Positions 1 to 11,313 of a stretch of DNA of 64,000 bases are shown piece by piece. The notes under the pieces are model-generated. The model ran no database searches and had not been told where the DNA came from. It saw only the letters and a program-made list of their open reading frames with translations. The DNA is from Selaginella moellendorffii. Lineage: Eukaryota > Plantae > Lycopodiophyta. The stretch is from assembly GCF_000143415.4 (NCBI RefSeq), contig NW_003314410.1, forward strand, positions 1 through 64,000, given 5' to 3'. How positions within the stretch are numbered: position 1 is the first letter of the stretch; each line of letters begins with the position of its first letter. The position numbers and the translations under genes are program-made.

Positions 1-505
1 ATCGTGTGGTGAGGAGTCCCAGAGGACCGTGGGACTTAGTGGTCGGGCCTATGGGCCTCGATCCAGTGGCAGTGTTGGCAAACACGGCCAAGGGCAGAAA
101 GGGACTTAATGGGGACTGACAGAGGAATATTGGGGAATGCTATTCCCCTTGTCGGTGGGCATCCTAAGGATGCTAAGGAGTGGATCTGAGATGACCACTC
201 ACAGATGGTTTGCCTAGTCTTGGAGAGCCAAGATTGTGATGCAAGTGGTATTGGACTACCAGTGTGGCAAAGGTGATTGGGCATGGCCTTAGCGTAACAA
301 GCTGCCATGTCGGTGGTACCTTTGAGTGTCGGTCATGGGATCGGACACGTGGAGCACTTGGACCAAGTGCAAATGTTGAGTGGCATGGATGCCATTTTCG
401 GGACTAGCAAGTCCCAAGTCTGGAATTGGACTTATGGAGGTTGTGAATGAGACTCCTCCAAGTGGTTAAGTGACTAAAGTAGAATGGAAAATTTAGTCGC
501 TTACA
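1..505 (+). repeat. 5' LTR (3' portion) of element 1
   Basis: Direct repeat of ~5881-6398; ends in CA, followed 3 nt later by the PBS. Confidence 0.9.
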
Positions 506-508
506 ATT

Positions 509-520
509 TGGTATCAGAGC
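509..520 (+). promoter_or_regulatory. Primer-binding site complementary to the 3' end of initiator tRNA-Met
   Basis: TGGTATCAGAGC immediately after the LTR terminus. Confidence 0.95.
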
Positions 521-3500
521 TGTTCCTTAGTCCGACTTTTATTGGTGCTCAAGTATATCACCATTGATGTTGGCATCGGAAGGTCCTAGGAGTGGGCCTA
601 TCCTTGAGGAGTAGCATGTCGAGAGGACATGGCTCTCCACTCAAGTTCATGTGTGAACTTGGGCACAATGTGGTGGATAGAAAAGGGCTAATAATGGAAC
701 GACTTTGGGATCTTGGGAACAGTATAAGGTCTCCACAGAGAGCTGAGGATGTGATCAAAATGAGCATTTGACGCAGCAAACGGGCTAACGTAGTTGTGAT
801 AAACAACTATAGTTGGGATCACGGGAAAGATGTAGACTCCAAAACAATAAAGGAGTCACAAGATTATCCTCATATAGTTGAGGTTGGTGTTCATGAATGT
901 GAGACCAGAGGTAATGACCGTGGGAGGTCAAATACGGAAGAGGACACAAGTCCTTGAAATGGTAGCCGGGGCTACCTTTAATAAATGCTGGAACAACCCA
1001 AGGAGTTGGGGGGTGTACTTAGAGATGAGTTGGTATTCTCATCGCATGGACAAGTAGTCCTAAGGGGCAAAGGTTGCCCCCAGAGAACAAAATCAAGTGT
1101 CAGAGTAACACTTGTGAAAATAGTCCTTTTGAGTAGGACAGGAATGCAAAAAGTGTATTCCAGTGAGCTAGTGCCTCACAAGTAGGACCTTACGAGTCTG
1201 TGGATTAACCAAGTCCAAAACTGTTGGATGACTCAAGTAGAGTCAAGGGATGGTCCTAAAAGGACTGATGGAAGCATCTAGACTAAGGTGTATTGTACCC
1301 CACAAAGGATGGGGGGGGATCATAGGATCCAAGGATGAGAATAAAGGGTATCTCATCGATGGCAAAATGTGCCATGCTAAAGTCGTGGGAAAGGTGTTCC
1401 CAAAAAGAAAACAACTTTGACACAAAGTTGTGTGTGACCTCTATGATGCAGTGCTAATGGATGGTTGGCATGAGAAAGAGTGGTATTGGTCTTGGCAAAG
1501 ACTTAGACACAAAGATGAAATGTCATAGAGGTAGGCTCATAGAGCCGATGGTGTGGAGACACCAAATGTGCCAAGGTGTGATACCTTGAGGCTATGTTGG
1601 TGGGTTCATGAGAACCCCTTGCCAAAGGAATCCCAATAGAAATGGGAATGGCATAGCCTAAGCTGCAGAGCATGCAGTTAGAGTGTGGTGACCCAGATAA
1701 TGATGGAGGTGTGGAAGCACCAGCAATGAGTTGTAGGACTTGACAACTACGAGGCAACTAAGCAAAAGGTGCAAAATAATTGGTTAAACAGGTAGAAGGT
1801 AGCTACCCAAGCTTTCTTAATGGCATAGGGAAGTTGGATATACCCTTACGGGGGATAAGTTGCTTATGTTGCGATATAGTAAGTCAATATCATAAAAGGA
1901 AATACTCATTATCAAGGAAGCCGTCATTGGGACACCCGAAAACTCTAGAACACCAGGAGGTGGTGTTTGATGTCGCGAGGGCAGTAGATAAGGCCCAAGG
2001 GACTAAGTCCCTAGCGAATGATGGATAGTAGGTGCTATCCAAATGTCCAAAGTGGTGGAGACAGGAGAAGACTATCTACTCGAATTGGACAAAGCCAAAA
2101 ATGGAATTTTGGCAAGGCTAGCGATGGGCATGCAAAGGCCCATAAACAACAACGAAATCCTGGTGTGTGGGATTATAGGGTGAGCATACCTAGATTGAGG
2201 AACCACTCCCTAGGCTATCGGGTAGGTTCATCCCTAAGAATACTTGCTAAGGCATGATAGAAAGTGCAAAGCTATCCTCCTGGTCTGGAGGAGAATGACC
2301 GAAGGAAAGGTGTGAAGCAAAAAGCAAGAAGTAAGGGGATAGAACCGAACCATAGGAATCGAAGGGCATAACCAAGGTTGGTTATGCCAGCTGGGAGTGG
2401 AGAATCAAGTGGGGGCTCGAGGGTGTTGCCGCTAGCAACCGTGATGCCATGGAGAGTCTAAAATATGGAATTGTCCATGTTAGACTATATGGTAATTGGA
2501 AAGCTTGCAAAAAATAGGGCCTTAACAAGCTAAGGGACAGAGTTCCTTCAAGGTTCCCAAAGAGGATTCTAGGTAGCTTAGTACCTAGAAAGGCCAAGCA
2601 TAAATAGTTCAAGGAACGCGCGAAATTAGAGTGGCATAGCAGAAGCATGGTCTTGAAGCTTGCCATGAGGCAAGGCTATCAAGGTTAGGGAAGTAGTTCC
2701 CGAGTGTTCAAAGAGAAGGCTTTGAACAAAAGTCGATGATCAAGGGCTTTCACGCTTGTGCAGAAACCATGTTACAGTGGTCGAAGGACTTGCCAAAGCG
2801 AGATTGGCAAGTCAGGGGAACAAATACCCTAGTTGAAGGTGATAACTTCAAAAAGGGTGGGCCATGGGGCCAAACATGGAGGAGTCCATGCATGATCACA
2901 GGCTTGTCAAGTGAGAGAACTTGGCAGTGGGGAGGAACTAGGTTCCTAAGCTGTGATCTATAGCGCGCTTTAAGTATAAGTTGGTGCACTGGCGTGGGGA
3001 GTCACGCCAGGCATCCTAGGTGATGCTGTCCGTAGATGCATATACGGAGGTTGGGTTCGAGTCCCGACCCTCTAGTGCTTGGGTTCGAGTCCCAAATCAC
3101 TAGGGCGTGGTGATGGTTTGGAATATGAGGACACTCATATTTCGGTGGTCATGGACTCTCAATGAGGATATTGGCTTGGGCACACCGCCAAGCGGGGGAT
3201 GCCCCGAAGTCGTGATGCACAGTTAGATTGCTTAGTGTGGCTCAGCATATCTAACTTGAACACTTTGGTGCTAGTGATACCAAGGATGTGGTGAATGAGA
3301 TGGGGACACCCAGTCTCAGTTGCTATGGACCCTTGGACGAAAGGGCTGGCTTGGGCGCACTGCCAAGTGTGGGGGATGTCCCCGGGGTCGTAGTTAACAA
3401 GTTAAAGGTCTAGAAGACCTAGTACCTATTGGCAAACCTATTAAGGTGCCGAGGTGAGATCATTAGGTGATCTTGTGGCTAAATAAGGACAAGGTCCTTG

Positions 3501-4420
3501 TTTGGGTTAAGGAATAAGGTTCCTAATTCAAAGTGTTGATTTGAACTATTGATGATGGTGTGGCTTGGTCAAGGTGACCAAGTGGGAAAAGCACCTTAGG
3601 GAAATGAGCTATGTCATTGCGATGGCATAGTGTGTCCAAGGAAAGTAGTCTCTAAAGAGACCCATAGGAGGGTCACAAAGTTGGGCCGTGGATAGAGCCC
3701 ACAGCAGAAGATGCTAAAGAGACTTATTAGGGGTGAACACCCTAGTCTTGGCAAAGCAGAGCCTTTGCTATGGAATCAAAAGAATACCTCAAGGAGGGAA
3801 GTAGAGATTTGATGTTGCTTGGTACAACAATCAACGGATAGGAGCAAAAGATGAGTGGCCAAGATAGGGCCGTGGAATCCCTTGGAAGGAATCCAAGTGA
3901 CAAAGTTAGACGAGGAACACTAATGTGTTGGACGCTAATAAATTGCGGGAAAGGAAGTGTGTTTCCAAAGATGGATTCCGAATTGCTCCGATTTGGCGAA
4001 AGTGGAAGCTCCAAGGGAGGGAGCGATAAGGTAGCCAAATGATAGGGCCATGGACAGCCCTAGTACAAAGTATGATAAATGGAACTTAGTGCCCAAGGTG
4101 GCACGAAATAGAACAGAGGATGATGGTGCCTTCAAGTAATGAACTTCCTAGGATGGGGAAATGGAGTTACACAATCTGTGCAATGCAAGGTGTTGGAGAC
4201 ACCTAGGAAATTGACTTCCAAAAGTCAAAAGAGTAAAAGTTCCAAGGTGCAAACGTTTAATAGATGGAAATTGAGACTACTCGAGAAGGAGTAGTGGGAT
4301 TGACTTAGAGAAGGGTCTCTAAGAGGTTTAGCGAGAACTAAACCAATAAAAGGAGAGAACCACTACATGTGGTCCAATCAGTCTTTAAGTTGGAGAGACT
4401 GCCCTCCTTAGAGGATAGGC

Positions 4421-4550
4421 AAGGCATAGTGAGCCTTTGGTGTCAAACCATTGAGGAATATGCAAAAGGCATGGTGAGCCTTTAATGTCAAACCATTGAC
4501 GAATATGGAGAAGGCATGGTGAGCCTTCAATGTCAAACCATTGACAAATA
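4421..4550 (+). repeat. 45-bp tandem repeat x3 upstream of the PPT
   Basis: AGGCATRGTGAGCCTTYRRTGTCAAACCATTGA... three times at 45-bp spacing. Confidence 0.9.
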
Positions 4551-4643
4551 TTAGCTAGGTGCCAAGGATGGAAATGGTAACACATGCGGGTGTTACTTTA
4601 TAAAATGGTTTACCGTTCGATGAGGACATCGAACTTCGTCTAT

Positions 4644-4655
4644 GGGTGGTGGAGT
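4644..4655 (+). promoter_or_regulatory. Polypurine tract of element 1
   Basis: GGGTGGTGGAGT directly before the TG start of the 3' LTR, preceded by a GAGGAC motif common at gypsy 3' ends. Confidence 0.7.
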
Positions 4656-6398
4656 TGTGAGACACAAAATCCCTAGGCCCCAAAGTGGAGTTGGAAGGGC
4701 GCCACGTGGTAGTGGCCGAAGCGAAAGCCAAACAAGCGTAACACATTTGGAATAAAAGCTCCGACTTGAAAGGTCGAGAGTGGGAGTGGAACTCCCAACA
4801 AAGTGCTCGAGGAATGAGCACGAAGCGAGCCATCAGCGAGGCTCTAAAAAGGGACCCGAAAGGACCAACACATGACACGTGGAAGTGTCCGAGATGGAGT
4901 CCAAGGCGGACCCAAGATGGAGTCCCAGATGAACTCGAAGTGGAGTCCGATATGGAGTCCGAGATGGAGTCCGAGATGGACCCGAAGTGAAGTCCGATAT
5001 GGAGTCCGAGATGGAGTCCAAGATGGACCCGAAATGGAGTCCGATATGGAGTCCGAGATGGAGTCCGAAAGGGAGTCCGATATGGAGTCCGATATGGAGT
5101 CCGAGATGGAGTCCGATATGGAGTCCGAGATGGACCAAGATGGAGTCCGAGATGGACCCGAGATGGAGCCCGAGATGGACCCAAGATGGAGTCCGAGATG
5201 GACCCAAGATGGAGTCTGAGATGGACCCAAGGTGGAGTCCGAGATGGAGTCCGAGATGGAACTGAGACCAGGACCGGGACCGAGACCGAGATCGAGACCG
5301 AGACCGAGACCGAGTCCGAGTCCAAATCCGGGACCGAGACCGAGTCCGAGTCCGAGTCCGAGTCCGAGTCTGAATACTAATACAGGCAGTTGGGTGAAAG
5401 CCCAAAGCGATCGTCCCCCAAGGGGGGGGGGGGCTGCGGGGGGTTCCAAAAGTATAGTAGGGAGAGTGTGGGGGTTGGAGCCCAGTGGAGCCAGTTTGGC
5501 CAGGAAAGGCCAGTTTGGCCTAGGCAGGCCAGACCCAGTGTTGGGTGATGAGCTGACCACTGGGAAGTCCAAAACTAGAGTGAACACGGACCGACAAGCT
5601 GGGTAGCTTGGTGAAGTGTTCAAGAGCCGGCTCTAGTTCCCCCGGGAGATCGACTGGCCAATGCTCCCAGTCCAAGTGTGGGTGGCACTACCTACTTGGA
5701 TACCAAGCGTGGCTCAATGGAACCTTGCTCTAAGCCCATGGCTAGAGCACCCAAAGGCGGAAGGCGGGGAGAGTACCCAGGTGGCTCACGTAAGGCCACG
5801 GTGTTCCGAAATGTTGTCCCAAAGGCCCAGACTGTGGAAAGGAAGAGGAGCAGTCCTCTGGGGCAGTGACCAAGGACATAGTCGTGTGGTGAGGAAGTCC
5901 CAGAGGACCGTGGGACTTAGTGGTCGGGCCTGTGGGCCTCGATCTAGTGGCAGTGTTGGCAAACACGGCCAAAGGCAGAAAGGGACTTAGTGGGGACTGA
6001 CAGAGGGATATTGGGGAAGGCTATTCCCCTTGTCGGTGGGCATCCTAAGGATGCTAAAGAGTGGATCTGAGATGACCACTCATGGATGGTTTGCCTAGTC
6101 TTGGAGAGCCAAGATTGTGATGCAAGTGGTATTGGACTACCAGTGTGGCAAAGGTGATTAGGCATGGCCTTAGCGTAACAAGCTGCCATGTCAGTGGTAC
6201 CTTTGAGTGTCGGTCATGGGATCGGACACGTGGAGCACTTGGACCAAGTGCAAATGTTGAGTGGTATGGATGCCATTCTTGGGGCTAGCAAGTCCCAAGT
6301 CCTGAATTGGACTTATGGAGGTTGTGAATGAGACTCCTCCAAGTGGTCGGAGGTGTGGTTAAGTGACTAAAGTAGAATGGAAAATTTAGTCGCTTACA
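4656..6398 (+). repeat. 3' LTR of element 1 (~1.74 kb, TG...CA)
   Basis: Starts TGTGAGAC after the PPT; ends GCTTACA identical to the 5' LTR end. Confidence 0.8.
4888..5370 (+). repeat. Minisatellite inside LTR: 12-bp (GGAGTCCGAGAT) array grading into 6-bp (CCGAGA/CCGAGT) array
   Basis: Directly visible periodicity. Confidence 0.95.
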
Positions 6399-8521
6399 TT
6401 TATGTGATTATCAAGTGCTAACTTGATTCGACAAAATGTAACATAAATGCCACACTCCACCGATAGAGATTTACAACACTCAACACCACTAACTTTTGTT
6501 CACAACACGGACAAGCTCATGCCACTCTCTTTCCGACCAAACTCAAAACTAATCCAACACCAAGCTACTCAAGGAGCAATAGCAAGGTTCCTTGGAAAAG
6601 AATTGAGCATTGCAACCCAAGTCTTCCAACAGCAAGCCTAGACAAAATGGTATAGCGCTTCACCACTATCCATCCCATGACTCACCACTTGTAAGACCAT
6701 CATTTCCAACATGCATCAAGGTAGGGACTCTTGATTGCATATTGTGAACACGAGCAATGAGTCACACATCATTGTGAATCATCTCTCCAAGAAGAGAAGA
6801 TGATTTACGTGTTCGATCCTTCGTCCCTGATGACTCTCTTTTCAGTCTCTACTTTGACCAAACCTCAAGCTTGCTTTCACATTGCCTTCAGTTCAATCCA
6901 AGAAAAGTTTATGAGAGAGCACGGCAATGATTACTTGAATTAATAGACTAATCCCTATAGTCTTGATTGATCCACTTGTAACCATGCCTAAGAAGGATCC
7001 ACTAGTGCCGTGCTAAATAGCTACGGACCAGCCTATTTGCCACTCATAGCAAACCCAGGGAAGGTTTACTTTTTCCCATGGTACATGGAACAACTCATGG
7101 AACCACTAATAGGCTAACATTAATCCTGCCAACTAAAAGTGTAACCTCAAGTTGCTAATGTGCCTCACTCACGAGCCCAAGCTCAAACTTGTGCGAACGG
7201 AACAACTCAATGTCTCTTGTGAGCCCAAGCTCAAGCTCACAAAATATGGTACAACAAGGTAACCAAATCCATACACAAGGAACAATTGCGAAGCCTTTAC
7301 ACCCAAACGTGTACCCACTCGGATCATCGTATTCATCTCTGCGTATGCAACGAGACTAGTTGCCCAATCTCATTGTATAGTACTCGCTCAAAGTCCTTCT
7401 CTGATACCAAGTGTAGCGCACGTGGTTTTGACCCTTTATCCTATGGTGATTTACCATAGGATAGCACCACAAAGCGGAACCTAACCCTCTTTGTGCCATG
7501 TGACAGATGCCACATGTCACATGCCACGTGTCCATAGGAACCCGAGGTTCAGGGCCTTGGGCCACTGAACGAAGGAACGGTGCCAAACTCCCAAGCACGA
7601 AGCCAAGGAGTGACGGAACCGAGCCACGAAGCAACTCCCGAGCATAAAGCCCAAGGAGCGAAGGGATAGGAGCCCGGAGTGACTTGGAACAGTCCTAGAG
7701 TAACCAGCATCCCAATGCCAGGACTAACACGCAAAATGGAGCCAAACAAAGTCTGGCGTTATTTCGGCATACTGGTGGCCTAATGCGAGGACATGGGTAC
7801 TCCACCAGCTAGCATGGAATAGAACTTGGGCTTAGACCCAAGCCAGACGCAGAACAAGGATAGGCATGCAAGTGGGAGCTAGATTATGCCTCAGGTTGGT
7901 TGGCCATGCCCAACCTACCCACTATCACAGCCCCCCCCCCCCTTGAGGAACACACGCTTTGGGCTTTCACCCCAAGCCTCCCTTAGTATCAGGAGTTAGT
8001 CTCTGGAACAAGCTCGAAACTTACTAAATATAGAATGGCGCTAAATTGCGAATTTGGATACGGGACGAACACCATTGTGTTCAGGCCGATCTCTACATTC
8101 CGTAGATATGCCAAATGAGCAAATCTGGACACTTTCCATAAATAGCATTTGGGACCAAAATGAGACCAACACAAAGCGCATGATAGTGAGGGTGTTTGGC
8201 AGACACGGTAAGCTATCATGTAGCGATATTGAGGGACCAATCTCAATACGCGAGGGTTCTTGTCACTAGCAAGTGCAAGACATAACGAGACGGGAACTCC
8301 TTACCAGGCTAAGTATGCTTAGCTAATAACACGTAGGAATTCCGTCCTTATGCTCGTCCGGTCTAAGTACACTTGAAATGCCCAGTTAACTCCACTAGCA
8401 CAAGAGGGACTAATAAAGGGTTCAGCAATACCGACCTCCTACCATCGTGGCAGTAAGGTAAGAGTGTCCGTAAGGACTAGTCGACAGGTAACTTTCGATA
8501 CCCGAAGTCACATTCGCGACA
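6399..8521 (-). mobile_element. Second non-coding LTR element (element 2): 5' LTR, PBS and start of internal region, apparently interrupted by element 1
   Basis: Minus-strand PBS TGGTATCAGAG at 7399-7409 abuts an LTR 7412-8521 with imperfect inverted termini TGTAGCG...CGCGACA. Internal sequence runs to element 1's 3' end at 6398. Confidence 0.8.
7412..8521 (-). repeat. 5' LTR of element 2 (~1.11 kb)
   Basis: TG...CA termini, 6/7 inverted match, adjacent PBS. Confidence 0.75.
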
Positions 8522-9388
8522 CTTGCCTAGGCAAAAAGCAAATCAAAACTACAGAAAAAAAACAATTTCAAAACCATACATAGATAAAATCTTCAGCTCA
8601 AGAATCATGGTTGCTGTCCTCTTTGCTTGTGAAACTACAAAACCAAAAAGAAATAAATCAAGAAATACTAAAGAATAAAGAGAAAAACCAAATCTTCATA
8701 AGAACTTGTTTCTGTAAACAAATCTTGACGACTGAACAATATCCATAGCACAATCCAAATCTGACATATCTATGTGATTGATTAAACAGAATTACCTCTA
8801 GTTAATTTATACTAGTAAAAAGAGCAAAAAATAAATTAGACTTCACTTTGAAGAATCGAAAACAAAAAAGAATAAAACTTTGAGCAAAATCTGTCAACTT
8901 GGTGACAAACCTTTTCAACCTTTTCAACCTTTTCATGCACTGACTCTTCTTGTTATAAACATCCTTGCCAGATACTTCTCATCATCATCCAAGCTGAAGC
9001 TAGAAGCAGCCTGACTCTACTCCTCAGCTGCTACAATCTCCCTCTGTCCGTCGCTTTAAAAAAGAGGAATGAATAGGAATAGAAAGATTGTTGTTTGCAT
9101 GGACTTGCGTGTCCAAGTCAAAGCCCAGCATTTATGTCATGGTTTCCTTCAAAACTCAAGGTTCGGTCACCATCCATCAATTGAGCCTCAATTTGTTCTT
9201 CCCAACAACTCCTCTTTGAAAAGACTCTCCCTCCTCCATTGATCTTTGTTTTCTACCCACTGCCCACTCGCATAATAGGGAGCCATACAAAGGAAGATCT
9301 AAGCTCCATCCATGGATGCATTCCAGGTTGATTGATTGATTCTGGGAAATCAATCAATACTGCCATGGTGGGTTTCTGATCCTGGATC

Positions 9389-9850
9389 GTGGCTCTCAGC
9401 TCAAACCTCCAGGGAGAGGCAATCCTCAATCAATTCACTAGTCCAAATATGATTTTCTTGACACTTTCCAGGGACAAGAGCAATCCATTGGAGCCAGTGG
9501 AGAATGTGGTGGCCGGGAACAACAATAGCATCATGATTGATCTTGAGGGGGCCTTGCTCAAATCCCTGAGCTGGTTTCAATGCTTCATGCATGTCACAAT
9601 TGAGGCTGGAAGCCCCCTATGAGCACTCCTCTTTTTCATTCTTCCCTTCACATGGATTACTGGCTGCCTCATCCATCCAGCCTTGGCTCCAGATTCTCCA
9701 GATTCATCCAGCTTCATGGCGGTGCCTGGATTGAGGGCCTTGGCAGTGGAACTTTGAGAGCTCTCTTGCAATTGCCAATCTGGACATAGAACCCAACCAA
9801 TGCATTGTACATTACATAGTTTCTTTGGCTCATGCTCCAAAAACCACACA
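9389..9850 (+). pseudogene. Glycerol-3-phosphate acyltransferase (sn-2 GPAT family) N-terminal fragment
   Basis: SIMIDLEGALLKSLSWFQCFMHVTIEAGSPL*ALLFFILPF resembles the GPAT motif DLDGTLL.S.S.FPYFMLVA.EAGS.LR; in-frame stops, no C-terminal domain. Confidence 0.7.
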
Positions 9851-11313
9851 CACTCATGATGATACAAAGTGGTTAGAAAAGTTTATAAATTATAAATATG
9901 GAATTCATCTAAATGAATAACCACCATTGGATGATAGAATATCTTAGAATATCCAAGCATATTCTAAGTATATTCATTACCATCCCCTACAGGTTTGCTT
10001 AAGCAAACCAAAAATAGTTTTTATCTCCTATGGGAGTTTTTTTTATCATAGTTCTCTTTTATAAATAATATATTAGATTAATAGTCTAGCTTTATTTCTT
10101 AAAATATAAAATTATAAAATTATATATTCATGTGATGTTGCTTAAAATGATTTAAAACGATTTTTTTAATTAAAAAATTAGAGTTATAACTAGAGTTATA
10201 TCCATGATTTAATAAAGTCAAATTAGACAATTAATACTAATTAAAATTGAAATAAATTATATTAAACATTTCTTTTTATTTATGAAATTATTGAAATTTA
10301 ATATATTAAATTCTAATGAGAAAGATACTTTAGTTAATCATCTGAAAAGAACTACATCCTGGTCTTCATATAATTTGTATACTTTTTCAGCCTTTGTAAT
10401 CTCTTTTTCTTATGATAAAATTTATATTAACTTTAGTTAAATTACTCTAAGTACAATATCCTAAAAACCCTAGTTTATAAGTTCTTATTCCACATCTACA
10501 TTTTATAATAAAGGAAAATATATTGTTCTAATATACTTAATATATAAAAGATGGATTGAACGCAATAGAAGATTGAAGTTGTTCTTGAAGCTTATAAATT
10601 TAACTTCTTACTTTTATAAAAATTTAAAAGTTTACTCAATTCAATAAACATGTTTTTCTTTTTTTGGCTGTAAAAATCTTAATAATTGAAGTTTTTAGAA
10701 TATTGTAACATTTCTAATCTTTTATTTGATCAAATTTCAAGCGTTTTAGGACCCCATTTTGCCATCACAATAACAGTTTATTATAGAAGGATTTTGGGAG
10801 ATTGTTACTTTTCAGGGTGCTGAATTCAGGCCTTGGGCCAGCTTGTCTGAGGTACAATCAACTAAAAGAGTTTGTGCCAATAGAATTAAATCAAACTGGT
10901 TTCTCACACATAGCAGGTAACCTCTCCAAAGTTGCTACATGGACAGAACAAGAAGCCTTTGACACAAGTAAAAGTGTGCAAGATCGAGCATGCAGGAGGA
11001 TCGTTGTGGCCAGTTCTAAACTTGCTGTGGATGTAGAAAGAAATTGAGGACAGACAACCAATTTTGAATCCTACCATTACTGATGAAAGGTATTGCGAGG
11101 TCCTGAAAGTTCTAGAGCTAGAGCACAACATTAACATTGCGAGTTCACCGCCCAAGCGTACCACCAGGTGGAACGCACCTCGAGCAGCTTGAATAACCCA
11201 AAAACCACAAATCAGCAAACCATACCAGCTTGAAAAATAAAAAATCGGTAAACTATGGCGTTGTTCAAACTATATACAGTTTTTATTAGTATAATTTTCC
11301 GTGATTCGAGCTG

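Larger units (their letters stand above)
1..6398 (+). mobile_element. Non-autonomous LTR retrotransposon (LARD-like, gypsy-type ends), element 1; 5' LTR cut by window edge
   Basis: 1-505 repeats at ~5881-6398 (about 96% identical by eye, plus one 12-bp indel), both ending ...GTCGCTTACA. PBS at 509-520, purine tract before TGTGAGAC at 4656. No gag/pol ORF in 506-4655. Confidence 0.9.

Noticed and set aside
3047-3103. tRNA gene
   Set aside because: Only T-arm-like hairpins; no D arm, anticodon arm or acceptor stem.
4421-4550. CRISPR-like array
   Set aside because: Eukaryotic context, and units are contiguous with no unique spacers.
4555-5623. Several 100-260 aa ORFs on both strands (SRTP / LGLH / SDSI repeats)
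   Set aside because: They are translations of the 12-bp and 6-bp LTR minisatellite, open only because the period is a multiple of 3.
1-8521. Hammerhead-ribozyme retrozyme, or pistol/twister ribozyme in the LTR motif
   Set aside because: I found no CUGANGA...GAAA core with flanking stems on either sense strand. AAGCCCAAAGCG resembles part of the pistol motif but pairs locally as a simple hairpin instead of the pistol pseudoknot. An Infernal search would be needed to exclude it fully.
10817-11200. Exon-like coding fragment (…DERYCEVLKVLELEHNIN…)
   Set aside because: Contains an internal stop, has no start, and I could not recognise a family.
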